Assembly (NCBI RefSeq): GCF_004010195.1
Contig: NC_057751.1
Coordinates: 9,367,611 to 9,431,610, forward strand
Source of the DNA: Chiloscyllium plagiosum
Taxonomy: Eukaryota
Reading direction: 5' to 3'
DNA length: 64,000 nt
The position numbers were made by a program, and so were the translations under genes. Positions 38,254 through 50,690 of this stretch are shown here, piece by piece. Under the pieces are notes generated by a model. The model saw only the letters and a program-made list of their open reading frames with translations. It was not told the DNA's origin and searched no databases. Within the stretch, counting starts at the first letter, position 1, and the number at the start of each line of letters is the position of its first letter.

Positions 38254-39329
38254 AGGCTTTACAATTAGATACCCAGCAACATGTTTGTGCCACATGTCCT
38301 CATCCCTTGACTGTCAGATTGACTGCTGTGCAGAGAGATACATTTTCAAGGAACACTTGAAATACTTCTGATGTGATGCAAATATCACTTTCTATGCTAC
38401 GATTTGTTGATCAGCCGTAAAGGTAATGGCAAGCTGCCTTTCTGAGCCTCTGCAGTCCACACAGTGCCCACACAGCATTCACCTAGAATTATATTAGACA
38501 GGAAGTTCTAGGATTTTAATCCTTCAGCACTGAAGCGAAGTTGATCTCATTCCAACTCAGGATTGGGGTGTGCAGCTTAAATGGAAATTGCAACCTGTAT
38601 ATGTTGCCATGCACCTGCTACTCATTCATGTCGGCAGATGGCACAAATTTGTCCTGTCCAGAAGATGCTGTAGATGCAGACACACAGAGTCGCTGCAGTG
38701 TATCTCGCACATTGTGATGCCACAGTGTACCTATCCTGGAGGGAGTGAGTATTGAAGGTGGCAGGAATGCCACTTAAAAGGGCAAGCTGACCCGTGAGCA
38801 GGGAAGACTTTGCAAGATTGTGCTGAAAGCATTTACTGCCCATAACATTTCTCCCCTCTCGAACTCACATTTAACTCTTTTAAGCACTTATTGAACCTAA
38901 ATCGCACATGTTGCCTGGTAACACATTAACTTGGTCCCGAGCATTTGAACTCTGGTCTCCAAAGCATGTGTGCCTCTAGATTTCTTGTCAACAGGTAACA
39001 CCAGTACGTTACCCATCCCAGCATAAGGTAATTCCTTTCAACTTCATGAATCAACTGATCTGCAAATGTAAAACAGTTCTCTCGTTGAAATACTCAAACT
39101 AAGAAATCAGCAACTGCACTTAACAAATCTCTCCTTGTGAAGGTCTTGTAGTTTCGCTTAAGCCTTTTCACTGGATTTCAATGATCTTTCATTAGAAAAC
39201 CTCACAAAAGAATTCTCAATACAGACTCACACTACAACTCTCCAGTTGACAAACTAAACCAAGAAAACAAGACCAGACAGCATTCAAAGCATCTAAAGGC
39301 AGCAACACAGAACAGAGAAAGGATAAATA

Positions 39330-39418
39330 TTAGTCAAAAAGTGTAGCCCTGGAAAATGTCAGGCAGCATCCAAGGTGCAGGAGAGTCGATGTTTTGGGCA
39401 TAAGCCCTTCATCAGGAA
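39330..39418 (-). mobile_element. Penelope-derived pLTR fragment with mutated hammerhead
   Basis: Reverse strand CTGATGAagggcttatgccc-AAAA-c-ATC. Confidence 0.65.
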
Positions 39419-39435
39419 CGTTACTTGGAACAAAC

Positions 39436-39530
39436 CTCCAGCAAGTGCATCCTCCACATTCTGTAGTAGTGGCAATTCTGTGTGGGATACAAACGTCAAT
39501 GCCGTCCCCTGGTTATTTGCACGGGCAGTC
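39436..39530 (-). CDS. DDX56: DDX56 exon 9
   Basis: TARANNQGTALTFV. Confidence 0.93.
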
Positions 39531-39796
39531 CTATGGAAAACAATTAGAGTCAGAATTTAACTATCAAATATGTAACTCATTTCCCATTTCAGTATTCATA
39601 AAATAAACAATGCCAGCATGATACCAGTAAGATTGATGCAGCCAGGTGAATTATGTGTATGATACCAAACAGTGACTCAACAGCATCTAAAAGAGAAGCT
39701 GCCAGTACGTGAGACAACAGTGCAGCAAGGACGGAACAAACATGAAAATGACATGTGGGAAAGCTGCTTGATGTACAGGTGCACATTATATCTCAC

Positions 39797-39910
39797 CTGC
39801 CAACACGATGTATATAGGACTCCACTGAGCGTGGGAAGTCAAAGTTAATAACATTCGAAACATTATAAAAATCCACTCCTCTGGAGACCCCATATTCATG
39901 ATCCTTGGCT
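39797..39910 (-). CDS. DDX56: DDX56 exon 8
   Basis: [24 protein letters not shown]...YIHRVGR. Confidence 0.95.
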
Positions 39911-40258
39911 CTGAAAGAGGAGCAGAAAGACTGGTCAACAGCAAATCATAAATATTCTAACCATTTGAACACATTGAATGAACTCTACCAGAAGGAAAGT
40001 ACAGAGTGTTTTTATTTATGAAGTTGTAGACCAGAGTATGCTAGCCCAATAATTTCATTCCCCAGAATACAGAGCATACTGACATAGTTCCAGGATTAGG
40101 TTAGGGCCAGCCAGATATTTTATGTTGATGTTGGAGAGAAAGTAAGTTTATTTTTCAGCACTCTGATATGTAACATGGCGGAGTTAACTGCAAATTAGAG
40201 CTATAGATGCCCAGAAGATGGCCAAATTCACAGAAGCACAAAATCCCAAACTCAGAGA

Positions 40259-40351
40259 TTTCTGATGAAGGGCTTCTGCCCGAAACGTCGATTTTCCTGC
40301 TCCTTGGATGTTGCCTGTTCTGTTGTGCTTTTCCAGCACACTCTAATCTTG
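40259..40351 (+). mobile_element. Short Penelope-derived insert with an intact minimal hammerhead motif
   Basis: CTGATGA-a-GGGCttctGCCC-GAAA-c-GTC at 40262-40289; 9-bp TSD actcagaga at 40250 and 40352. Confidence 0.78.
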
Positions 40352-40502
40352 ACTCAGAGAAAAACTAAGCTAATTGAGACTCAAACATCAAGCAAATTCA
40401 AAACAACAAAGCAAGAAATCCAGACTTGTAAATAACAATTTCAGGTAATTTAGAAGACAGAATTTTTTATTCATAGGGCTAAACGAAATTGATCATGCTT
40501 AC

Positions 40503-40631
40503 CTTGCTTTTTTACACCATTTCTTTTTTGTCTTTTGCTCTTCTGAGCCACTTAAATTTGTCAAAACATGTTCATCTGTGGCAATGATATAATCATACAA
40601 ACTCTGATTGAACTGATTGATGATATGACAC
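40503..40631 (-). CDS. DDX56: DDX56 exon 7
   Basis: CHIINQFNQSLYDYIIATDE. Confidence 0.94.
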
Positions 40632-41074
40632 CTGATGGAAAAATACAGGAAATAAGGTACACCAAAGATGCAATTTATTTGCCCAACTCTCCACATCATA
40701 GCACAAGTTTTCCACTAAATCTACAGCTAATAGGAAAGAGGTTATTCCAATCTCATCGTCCATATTGTCCTAAATATATTCATACAGAAACTTTCTGCAG
40801 TGGTGTGCCACATCTTGTGCATGTACAACCTAAAATGCTTGATTGCCCAGCTCAACAGAAGAAATAATTGTGGCACTGACGAGTTTCCCTTTTAAAACAG
40901 ATTTCTTATAATATTTCACAAGTGCGAGCAAGTGTTTTTTATCCGCTATTTGATAGTTCTTTTTGTGATCTCTGATAGGAACATGCGAGTATGAGGGCTT
41001 TGCGGGGTTTGGGGCAAAGAGCATGTGTACGCGAGAGAAATCAAGCAGACAGCAGTTACCAACCAAGATTCTAC

Positions 41075-41316
41075 CTGGAATGTACCGGTAATTCTGAGTT
41101 TAGGACACATGCCAAAATGCTGAATTGTTCCAAGAATAGTTTCAGCCGGTAGCATCTATCAATGGAATTCACAAAGATTATGGTCTTGCCACGGACAAGG
41201 GAGAGTTTGAAAAATGTGTAAATCAGAAGGAATTTCTCCTCCTCCTCGCATTTAATGTGGTACTGGATCAGCTGTGAGCTATCCGGAAGCTGAGACTCGG
41301 TGAGCTTCAGAATCAT
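41075..41316 (-). CDS. DDX56: DDX56 exon 6
   Basis: [10 protein letters not shown]...[18 protein letters not shown]...ELPVHSR. Confidence 0.96.
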
Positions 41317-42100
41317 CTGAAAGGGTAAAGGAGATCAGGTTACAGTGGACACACCAAAACATAAAACAGGACATGTACCAGTCTGTTTGTCTGGCAATGC
41401 CCTATTCCAGAATCAAGCACTTCCATCTACCTTAAGTTCAGTAACACGAAAATGCAGGAAATAGATGCATTAACCCCTCATGCCTTCTCCACATTTCAAC
41501 AAGATAATGGCTGGCATTACATCTCCCTGAATGTAAAAACAATAAAATACTATCCATAATAATTATTTTTATCATGTCTGTCTCACTGCTCATAGGAATG
41601 AAATACCAATTGCATTTACAATACATTTGCTTTAGTGCTCATGGACAAACTGTCTTTGCACAAATTGAATATCATACAATTGACCAGACAAAGAAAGAAA
41701 TTGGAGTCATACATGACCTTTTGTATCCTCAAGAGACCACGCAGCTCATGTAAAATGAATTACTTTGTGAGAAATAGTCACCGTTTTCAGGGAAGACATA
41801 GCTCTCTGTGACTAACACATGCTAACCTGTCAAAATTCATTGTACACGAAAGACAATGCTGACCAAAACACAGGCAGAAATCCCCATTTGACTTCCACAA
41901 AATGAAATTGAACCTTTTCATACACATGGTGTATAGATAAATACATCTTCAGATTAAAGTGTCATCTAGAGCTATGAACACTCTTATCTCCTGTGTGGTG
42001 CACAGATTATGTGCTCAGTATCGAGACTGAGGACGGAAACAACAATTTCCTGTTTGAGACACAGGGAGAGGCCTCTGTCGCATTTGAGAAGATTTCTTAC

Positions 42101-42191
42101 CGGGTTATGAAGCACCAGTTCCTTCAATGTCTGAACATCCTCATTAAATGTGGCTGACATCAAGAATGCTTGGTAAATCTTTGGAAGGTGT
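42101..42191 (-). CDS. DDX56: DDX56 exon 5 (SAT motif)
   Basis: HLPKIYQAFLMSATFNEDVQ. Confidence 0.96.
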
Positions 42192-42746
42192 CTGCAAAGA
42201 GACAGAATAAGCCTTGAAGACAAGCAATCCGTTTAGCACAACCATAACCAAAGGGCCTCAATGTTACAGATACTGTAACAATCAAAAATATAATTACAGG
42301 CCAGGGGGTGAGGTCATGAGACTCCAGTAAAACAGCAGTGAAAGTAGCAATATTAGCACAGCGCCATCACTCAGTACACCTGACACACTGGTTTAAAATA
42401 AAAACATGGAGGTGCCACTTGGGACATCACACTCTTGTGAGCAGTTTGCAGGACCAACTTGACGAATCCCACAATCCACCTTTTCTCCACTTACTCTTTG
42501 CCCCTCTTGAACTTTCCATAATTCTGAAAGCCCCAATTGTACTTACTCTCAGACAATGCATTTCAGAGCCCAGCCATACATCTAAAAGAAATTCCACATG
42601 TTGTCTTTGCTTCTTTTGCAAATTGCTTTAAATTGGTGCCCTCTGGCAAAAACCTTTGCAATAACTCGAACAGTGTATCAATCTTCACTTTCTCCAGTTC
42701 TGTGATGACACTGAACCAACAGGAGTTTTGAGAAAAAGAAACTTAC

Positions 42747-42917
42747 CCCAGCAGGTTTTTTAGATCATTTTCAAATCCAAATGAGAAGAGTAGATCAGCC
42801 TCATCAATGACAAGCATCTCCAGTGAGGTGCTGAGGTTCAGGGTGTGCTGTTCCAAATGTAGCAGAATTCGAGAAGGCGTACCAATAACAATGTCAGGTT
42901 TCTCCATTAATATAGGC
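42747..42917 (-). CDS. DDX56: DDX56 exon 4 (DEAD box)
   Basis: [16 protein letters not shown]...[14 protein letters not shown]. Confidence 0.96.
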
Positions 42918-43001
42918 CTGAAAGAATGTCGTAAGTGAGAACTTACTCAAGTTGTGATACTGAAGACAAGTGCCCCAAAATCATGCACTCATATTTTATA
43001 C

Positions 43002-43156
43002 CTTTGTGCTGATACATCCACCTGTCCCGAAACATCAGCCACTCGAACATCCCGAGCACAACACAATGTGAGTTGTCGGACCATCTGCTGCACTTGTTGA
43101 CCTAGTTCCTTTGTGGGAACCAATATGAGAGCTCGCACTGCTTGCTCGCAGACTGA
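43002..43156 (-). CDS. DDX56: DDX56 exon 3
   Basis: EQAVRALILVPTKELGQQ. Confidence 0.95.
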
Positions 43157-43315
43157 CTAAACAAAGACAGAAAATTAAAGCTTAATTATAACTTTGTTCT
43201 GCAATGTTGACAACTCATGCAGCCTGTGCCGTGTGGTAGCAAAAAGATACTTCCCTGACCTAAGAGCGAGCTCTTCATAACACAGAATGAATGAAGGCAG
43301 ATGCAAACTCGATCA

Positions 43316-43381
43316 TTGGTCGTTTGTTCTGTGTCAGACTACTCTCCTACGAACCTGACCTTGAGAATTTTTTAAAACAAC
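43316..43381 (+). repeat. 66-bp exact copy of 10295-10360
   Basis: Base-by-base identical. Confidence 0.9.
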
Positions 43382-43394
43382 GGGCAACGTAAAG

Positions 43395-43700
43395 TCACAG
43401 TCATACAGCACGAAAGCAGATCCTTCGGTCCTGTCAGTCCATGCTGACCACAATCCCAAACTAAACTATTTCCAACTGCCTTCAGTGGGTCCTAATACCT
43501 GCAAATATTTCTTATTCATGTACTTATCTAAATGTCTTTTAAAATGTTCTAACTGTACCTGCCTCCACCACGTCCTCTGAAAGTTCATTCCAAACACAAA
43601 CTACTCACTGTGAAAAAAACAAATTACCCAAGTCTTTTTAAATCTTTATCCTTTCACCTTAGAAATAGGCCCCTCCAAGCTTTGAAATCCTCCACCGTTG
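43395..43700 (-). mobile_element. CR1/HER1 3' end fragment
   Basis: HER1-like tail and ...WNELSEDVVEAGT remnant. Confidence 0.65.
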
Positions 43701-44006
43701 GAATTCTGAAGTACTGTTGAGACATGGAGCATAACAGCAATTTCCAAGACAACTTGTTGATCTCGATGCCAAGTAGAGGCTCAAGACTTTTCAAGAGAAG
43801 GAAGGAATCAAAAGATGATCTTGGCGCAAGTACAGTGTGAAGTTACGTTTATGTCATCACCGAAATCATCTGAACTCTGCATGTGTAAATATCACATGAA
43901 CCTGTCCCAGTACTGATCCCAAAAAGATATATCAAACTCATCACATTTATAAATTTAGCATGATTAAAAATGAAGACAAATAAAGTCAATCTAATAATTT
44001 GATTAC

Positions 44007-44168
44007 CTTTTTGGTGTTAAGAAGATGTTCTATGATGGGGATAGCATATGCTGCAGTTTTTCCTGATCCTGTACGTGCTCTGGCAAGGAGATCCTTTCCC
44101 TCCAGTGCCAAAGGAATGGCTTTTTCCTGGATCAAAGTCGGTTCAGCCCAACTGAGGCTTGCAATTGC
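44007..44168 (-). CDS. DDX56: DDX56 exon 2 (Q motif, Walker A)
   Basis: [32 protein letters not shown]. Confidence 0.96.
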
Positions 44169-44834
44169 CTAAGCAACGTAAAATTTATATTTGCATCTTC
44201 AGTCAAAATTTCAAGAAGTTGACATCATCTTTGCTCCACCCAAAGCCCCCCCCCCCCCCCCCCGAGTCCAACTCCAACCCCACATTCCATCACTCTTCTT
44301 CCATATATGGATTCTGCATATTATTTTGTACAAGTCTTATTGTTTTAATCTTCCTAGCATATTGTTCTTCATCAGTACACAAGATGAACCATACTGAGTA
44401 TTGCTAATGGTAACAAGAGCCTCAAAATTCTGGAATATCTGCCACAACAGTATTGTAGAACTACCATTACATGGCAGCAGTGATTCAAAAAGACAGCTCA
44501 GCACCACCTTCTCCAGGAGAAAGTGAGGACTGCGGATGCTGGAGATCAGAGCTGAAAATGTTGCACTTTTCCAGCAACACATTTTCACCACCTTCTCTGG
44601 GGCAACTAGAAATGAGTAGTAAGTGGCGGTGCAGCCAGCAATGCCAACATCCCAGACATGATCTGTGAAAAATACTATCCTGTCTTTGGGCATTTGCAGT
44701 GATTGATAATGCTTTGCTACACTTGTAAGCTTTCATGACCCAGAATGATTCCTTGCTTAACCTGTTCTCCCCACACACCTTGAACTTCAGGTTTGCCATT
44801 CAAGTCATTTGGGTTGACTGCTGGTTGTCCAACC

Positions 44835-45045
44835 CTACCTGTCCCCACCTTTCCCCCCTCCCCCATAACCTCTCCTCACCCTCCATCTACCCATACCCTA
44901 AGCTCCCACCCTTCCCACTCCCTCACCCACCTTCTTCCTCTCCTCCTGTCCCCAATCGTCTTCCCCCATCCCACCCTCCTTCCCTATCTCCCTTATCCCC
45001 ATCCCCTACCCTCCTCTTCCAATCCACCTTCCCTCTTTCTCCCCA
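44835..45045. repeat. C/T-rich low-complexity tract (G-rich on the DDX56 sense strand) in intron 1
   Basis: Dense CCC runs, almost no G on the plus strand. Confidence 0.75.
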
Positions 45046-45266
45046 GCAGACACACAGACAGTAAATTTCCAGACCTTCTTCCAAACCCCTCTCGGGCTCT
45101 ATGACTGACGAAGTGAGTGACTCACTCACCACTTTCCCCTCTCCATCCTGTCGTACATCATACTCACTCGATCTGACCCAGAACAAACATAATATCCCGT
45201 CCTTTGTCACACTCGCATTTCCCTTTCCCAACCCTATTTTTATTTTTATCTCTATCCCTCTCCAAC

Positions 45267-45323
45267 CTGTAAAACTCTCTCATCAAGTCCCATCTCGTGG
45301 AACCTCAACTTCTCCGCTGCCAT
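45267..45323 (-). CDS. DDX56: DDX56 exon 1 (MAAEKLRFHEMGLDERVLQ)
   Basis: aagATGG start context, donor CAG|gttgga. Confidence 0.92.
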
Positions 45324-45480
45324 CTTGAGTCCCGGTGATATGACGTCAGTGCACCGGTGCTCGCGGCTGCTGACTGTGGTGGCGCCGGGTAACTGCAGCT
45401 CAATCCCCCTGCCACCCCACGACTGCAACGGAGGAGTTGGGTCTGTAACATTAAATCAGTCGCCCTCCCAACAAAGCTCT
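45324..45480 (-). promoter_or_regulatory. DDX56 proximal promoter / 5' UTR
   Basis: CpG cluster; perfect CRE palindrome TGACGTCA at 45341-45348; YY1-like AAGATGGC over the start codon. Confidence 0.6.
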
Positions 45481-46109
45481 AATCTCAGAGAAACACTTCA
45501 GTTAGCATCTCAAAATCCGAAAACAAGAGGCAACTTTAACTTCAAGTTGAACACCTCGGTCAGAACTGTAATAGAAACGGAAATTGCTTGACAAGTTGAG
45601 CAAGTCTGGCACCATGTGTGGAGTGAAGCTTTTCAGTGGATTCGAAATGTTAACTCTACTTTCTCCACACATGCTGCCAGACCTGCCGAATTTCTCTTGG
45701 AATTTTGATTCAGATCTTCAGCATCGCAGTTCATTGCTTTATTTTGATCAGAACTGTGTTACTTGCCAACCTCATTGTCAAGTCAGCCAAAGCATTTTAC
45801 AACTCATATCCAGATGGAAATCAAATCCATCTTCTTCTGCACTGCATATTAATTTCAGAGCAAAATAGCTAAATTTACTGAAAACACTAAACAGCCCAAG
45901 TAAGAACTGAGAAATTCCAGAGCATGTTGAATAGTATGTGCAGTGCACACATGTCAAATACTGACATCAAAGAGAGCATGTAAAATGAATTGTTTTATTA
46001 TCATATGTATTTTAAAGTGAGAAAAATAGTAAAATACAGTGAAAAGCTTTTCCACTAATGCCGCAATCCAGCATAATTTTGAACAGTTATAACAGGAAAA
46101 AAAAGACAA

Positions 46110-47220
46110 GGTGCCGCACAAAAGGCTGCTACATCAGATAAATATGAAAGGCATTACAGGCAAAGTATTAGCTTGGATAGAGGACTGCTTAACTAACAAG
46201 AAGCAAAGAGTGGTGATAAATTAATGCTTTTCTGGTTGCAAATCAGTGACTGGTGGTGTGTCTCAGGGATCAGTGCTGGGACCGCAATTATTCACAATTT
46301 CCGTAGATGACTTAGAGTTGAGGACCATGTGTAGTGTGTCAAAGTTTGCGGAACACAATAAGATGAGTGGTGGAGCAAGGTATGTAGAGGACTGTGAAAC
46401 TTTGCAAGGGGACATCATTGGTTTAAGTGAGTGAGCAAAGGTATGGCAGATGGAGTACAATGTTACTGAATGTGAAGTCATCCATTTTGATAGGAATAAC
46501 AGGAGAAAAGATAATTATTTGAATAGTAAATTGAACTGGCTGTCCACAGGATCTGGGTGTCCTTGCGCATGAATCACAAAAGGTTGGTCGGCAGATGCAA
46601 CAGGTAATTAAGAAGGCAAATTGAATTTTGTCCTTCATTGCTAAAGGGGTTGAATTTTAAAGCAGAGACATTATCTTGCAGCTGTATAGGGTGCTGGTGA
46701 GGCCACACCCAAAGTATTGCATGCAGTTTTTGTCTCCTTACTTGAGAAAGGATGTACTGAGATGAGAGGGGGTGCAGAGGAGTTTCCATAGGTTGATTCC
46801 AAAGTTGAGGGGGTTGACTTATGAGGTGAGACTGAGTAGACTGGGATTATATTCGTTGTAATTTAGAAGAATGAGAGGATATCTTACAGAAACATAAAAT
46901 TATGAAGGGAACAGATAAGATTGAAGTAGAGAGGATGTTTTCACTGGTGGGTGAAACTAGGACAAAAGGGCATAGCCTCAAAATTAGGGGGAGCAGATTT
47001 AGGACTGAATTGAGAAAGAACTTCTTCACCCTAAGGGTGGGGAATCTATGGAATTCCCTGCCCAGTGAAGTAGTTGAGGCTTCTTCAGTAAATGCTTTTA
47101 ATGCGAATATAGATCATTTACTGAACAGTAAAGGAAATAAGGGTTATGGTGAGAGGGTGGGGAAGTGGAGTTGGGCCATGAAAATATCAGCCATGATTTT
47201 ATTGATCGAAGGGTCAGATG
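46110..47220 (+). mobile_element. CR1 LINE 3' third (RT to 3' UTR)
   Basis: GVSQGSVLGPQLFTI, KFAEHNK, TKGHSLKIRGSRFRTELRKNFFT. Confidence 0.9.
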
Positions 47221-48129
47221 TTTAAAAATGTGTTACTGGAAAAACACAGCAGGTCAGGCAGCATCAAAGGAGAAGGAGAATGTTCTGTGTACAGCTTTGA
47301 GACAATCCATCAATCCTGAGCCAGTTCATCAACAATGACACCTGTACTGCCACTTACACTGCACCCAACCAATGTTGAAGTAGACACTCTTCAGGTGCCA
47401 TCTTTCACCACTGGACTGATTCCTATCCACCACTGCCTCGTCCCACCTTGTCGTACCCACAATTTCTCAGTGCTGGGCCCATCTCAACATCACTGTGATG
47501 CCCTTCCACCACCACCAGTGCTGGCTCCAACCAACGATGAAGTTGCTGTTCTTCAGATGCCATCCTTCGCTGTTTGGCCTGCGTCGCCAATGTAGCAGCC
47601 ATCGATTCTGATGCCAGGTCCCATACCTACCTACTCTGGGATCAGAGGGTTTTTTATACAATAAGAAGCTGAGTAAGTTAAGTCTTCATTCCCTCGAAAT
47701 GGGAAGAATGAGAGGCGATTTCATTCAATCTGAAGGAACTTACAGTGTAGATATTAAGAGGTGTTTGACCTAGTGGATATGAAGAACATGCCTTAGGAGA
47801 AAGCGGGGGGACTGAAATAAGGAACTACTTATTCATTCAAAGAGCTGTGAATCTTTGAAATTCTCTCTCCAAGAACATTGTGAATCATCCATCATTGAAT
47901 GCATTTAAGGCTGCAACTGACATATTTTTGGTCTTTTGAGAGACTTGGGATGTACGTAGCAGGCAGGAAAGTGGACTTGAAGCTGAACAACAGCCATCAT
48001 CATATTGCATGGCTGTACAGAACTGAGCAGTCATGTTGTCTATTCTTTTGTTGTTTCTTACATTCTTATATTTGGGAATTTCTGAGTTGCTGTATGACTC
48101 AACAGCTTAGAGGAACACTGAAATGACCA

Positions 48130-48370
48130 TCAGGTGTTAAATGGAGAGTCCCGTCTGCTCATTCAGTAGTATTGTTTTCAAGAAGACGAGAAGAGTCTCA
48201 GTCAGTATTTATCCCTCTGTCAACATCACAAAAAATAAACTGCTGGTTGAGAAGCTTGCTGTGCATAAATTATGTTTCATTTCCAACAATACAACAATAA
48301 CACCTTCAAGGAATGTTGTTGTGAAGCTGTTGGAATGTCCTGAGGTTTTTAAAGATGATTTATGCATGAT
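48130..48370 (+). mobile_element. Ancient DeuSINE-like (SacSINE/AmnSINE-type) remnant
   Basis: tatttatccctc...aacatcac...gcttgctgtgcataaatt...gtcctgagg resembles the Deu domain as recalled. Confidence 0.5.
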
Positions 48371-48487
48371 TTGTGATTTGTTATTAAGATATAGGGGGCA
48401 GTGTTGTCAAAGGCGTTTAAAACCCAGCTCATGAACTCAGTTAGGAGAAAAGTCAAAACACAGCGAAGGTAAAACTAATTCTAAACA

Positions 48488-48493
48488 TTTATT
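48488..48493 (-). terminator. Candidate poly(A) signal of the astacin-MAM gene
   Basis: AATAAA on the minus strand ~250 nt after the stop. Confidence 0.55.
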
Positions 48494-48739
48494 GCATCTG
48501 GTCCTGACTATATAATCTCAGAAGAAAGAAGTTTTGGCAAGAAAGTTAGTTGTTGAAAAAAGCTCCAATCTCTCAAGGTGACACTTCATGTCTTTAATAC
48601 TCCCTGGCAGGGTCCTCTCCTGAATACAACACATCGCTTAATCTCTTGGTGTGTAGAATTGCCAATCCAAGAACACTGCCCTCGGCAGTCAACACACCCC
48701 TTGTCGGACTGGAGAGAAGCAATTTGCTGTCACAACACT

Positions 48740-48895
48740 CTAACCCAAATGCGATTTGTTCCTTTTCTTCAGGCCTCGATTGCAGGTTGGGTTCCAGTGC
48801 TTCCAGCTTGAGTCACAGTTATTTCTGTAGATCTGTACGTCATCAATTGCAGCATCGCTCTGATAGCTTGGTCCCAGCACACCTTCGATAATCAC
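48740..48895 (-). CDS. Last coding exon (end of MAM, basic tail)
   Basis: VIIEGVLGPSYQSDAAIDDVQIYRNNC...GLKKRNKSHLG*. Confidence 0.9.
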   Translation of the reverse strand: MIIEGVLGPSYQSDAAIDDVQIYRNNCDSSWKHWNPTCNRGLKKRNKSHLG

Positions 48896-49898
48896 CTGAA
48901 AAGGTAAAAACAAGTCAGATCTGCCACGAGAAAAATATCAATTATTGGTAACAGATGTTAATGGCTCATTGAGACAACTACTTCACCTCAGCAAATGAAC
49001 AGAGAACAAACACAAGAGGGATTCAAGCCACTTGGCTCAACCAGTCCATGGTTATCCTCAATGTGAACACAGCCCTCTTCAGTTACACAGCCTGGTCCAA
49101 CATTTACTTCAAGCAACTTTCCAATTTACATGAAGTGAAGGATGCTAATTGCCCCATTTGGGGGTAATCAGAGACATGGATGGGTATGGGTCAAGGAGCT
49201 AGCCTCTGAAAGCTACCTTTTGCACCTCCCTCCAAAGATGATCTGTTGCTGGTCATTTTGCTGCATCATGAGCAGCCAGGCTGATGAGCGTAAAGTCCTT
49301 CTGGATTAATCAGTATCCAGGATATTTTGGACCAATCTGTTCAAAAAGAGGCAGCTAAGAATTTTTTGTAAGGTAAGCGTTTAAACTGCCTTTGCCTGCC
49401 CCAGAGGCTTATTGCCATTCTGTAAGGAATGCAAACTCTTGCAACCCCATCAGGTTGGTACCCTTGGCGTTGACCCGTAGCAGTGCAGAGAAGGACAGAG
49501 ATGTTTCAGAGTCAGTAACTCAAGCTTAAATTTGGTTCACAGCCAGGGAAATATTAAACGGTTTGCCCAACCCCATATCAGTGTGTTGTAAAATGCCTTG
49601 CATTCATGGGTACCTAGAATTCCACTCTCAAAAGCTAGAGTCTCAATCCACAAACAGCAATCACATCAATATCCAGTGAGCAGATGGATGCTTCAGGATA
49701 CATGAAAATACTCACTCAGCCTTCATTGCACCCACATCACCCACCTGGTCACTGCATGGCACAGTCCTCAGATGATAAAAAAAAACAAAGCATGCTGGTT
49801 GGTTTAACTACTTCTTACTTTTGGATTGGTTTATTTCTTCAACAGCTTGTACTTAGACACTTTTCCCACAACAAAACACAAATCATATTTTGACTTAC

Positions 49899-50029
49899 TC
49901 GGAACTTGTCTCCATTAGTGAAAATATCAATCTCAGCATTTAGCCATTTCCGACCTTGGTTTCCAGAGACAGACCACAGCTTGTGCCAGGAAGTCGTGTG
50001 TTCATATTTCAGGAATACATTTAAGGAAC
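49899..50029 (-). CDS. MAM domain exon
   Basis: SLNVFLK...LWSVSGNQGRKWLNAEIDI. Confidence 0.92.
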
Positions 50030-50564
50030 CTGCAGGAAAATGGATTCAAGCAGTCCATCAGCAGGTCCAACCTTCACCTGTATTTTTAACTTAGTAATTC
50101 CCTCATGGTGCCCTGATTAAAAGGCTTCCAGAAAGAGAAAGCAATTTGTAGCTGAATAGATGGGATCGAAAGTAAATCTAAGATTACACTGCTGTTTCCC
50201 CAAAATTCAGCAGCATCTATCTGCCTTTAGTGATCTTTCCTCATGTTCAGTCCTGTTCTGACACCCTCACAGAGCAATCTGGGCCAAACCATAATAGAAA
50301 CCAGGAGTACCTGCTGTTGCAACACACTCCAACCCCTCCACAATGCCCTTGACACATCATAAGCACTATCTAGATACATGCACTGCTTCTCATCCTCCCT
50401 GCTCTGCTTTCTCCATGCATTTGCCTATCGCCAAATGTCACAGAGTTATAAACAGCAGTTTTGTTACGTCACTGTTCTATTCTGGCAAGATATGAAATCA
50501 AATTGTTTCCATGAATTATTACAGGTTATGACCAGAGTTTGCTGCTCGGAGCCTCACAACTCAC

Positions 50565-50690
50565 CCATGTGTTTCCCAAACATATTGTACCAGAAGGTCA
50601 GGCACTTCTGTTCTCTCAGTGGAGGGCTGATGAGTGCTGCCTGTTCCCCACTCAGCTGAGAATATGAACCTTTCAGGTACAGATAATGAC
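50565..50690 (-). CDS. MAM domain exon
   Basis: HYLYLKGS...ALISPPL..KCLTFWYNMFGKHM. Confidence 0.92.

Larger units (their letters stand above)
34110..45323 (-). other. DDX56: DDX56 gene model, 14 coding exons, 1659 nt, 552 aa nucleolar DEAD-box RNA helicase (Dbp9/NOH61)
   Basis: Q motif [48 protein letters not shown]56-type [18 protein letters not shown]; all introns GT-AG and phase-consistent. Confidence 0.97.

Noticed and set aside
40981-41026. Hairpin in DDX56 intron 6 as an H/ACA snoRNA
   Set aside because: Highly asymmetric internal loop and no convincing second hairpin or ACA box
44793-45231. Pro-rich and Gly-rich ORFs near the DDX56 start
   Set aside because: Translations of a low-complexity intronic tract
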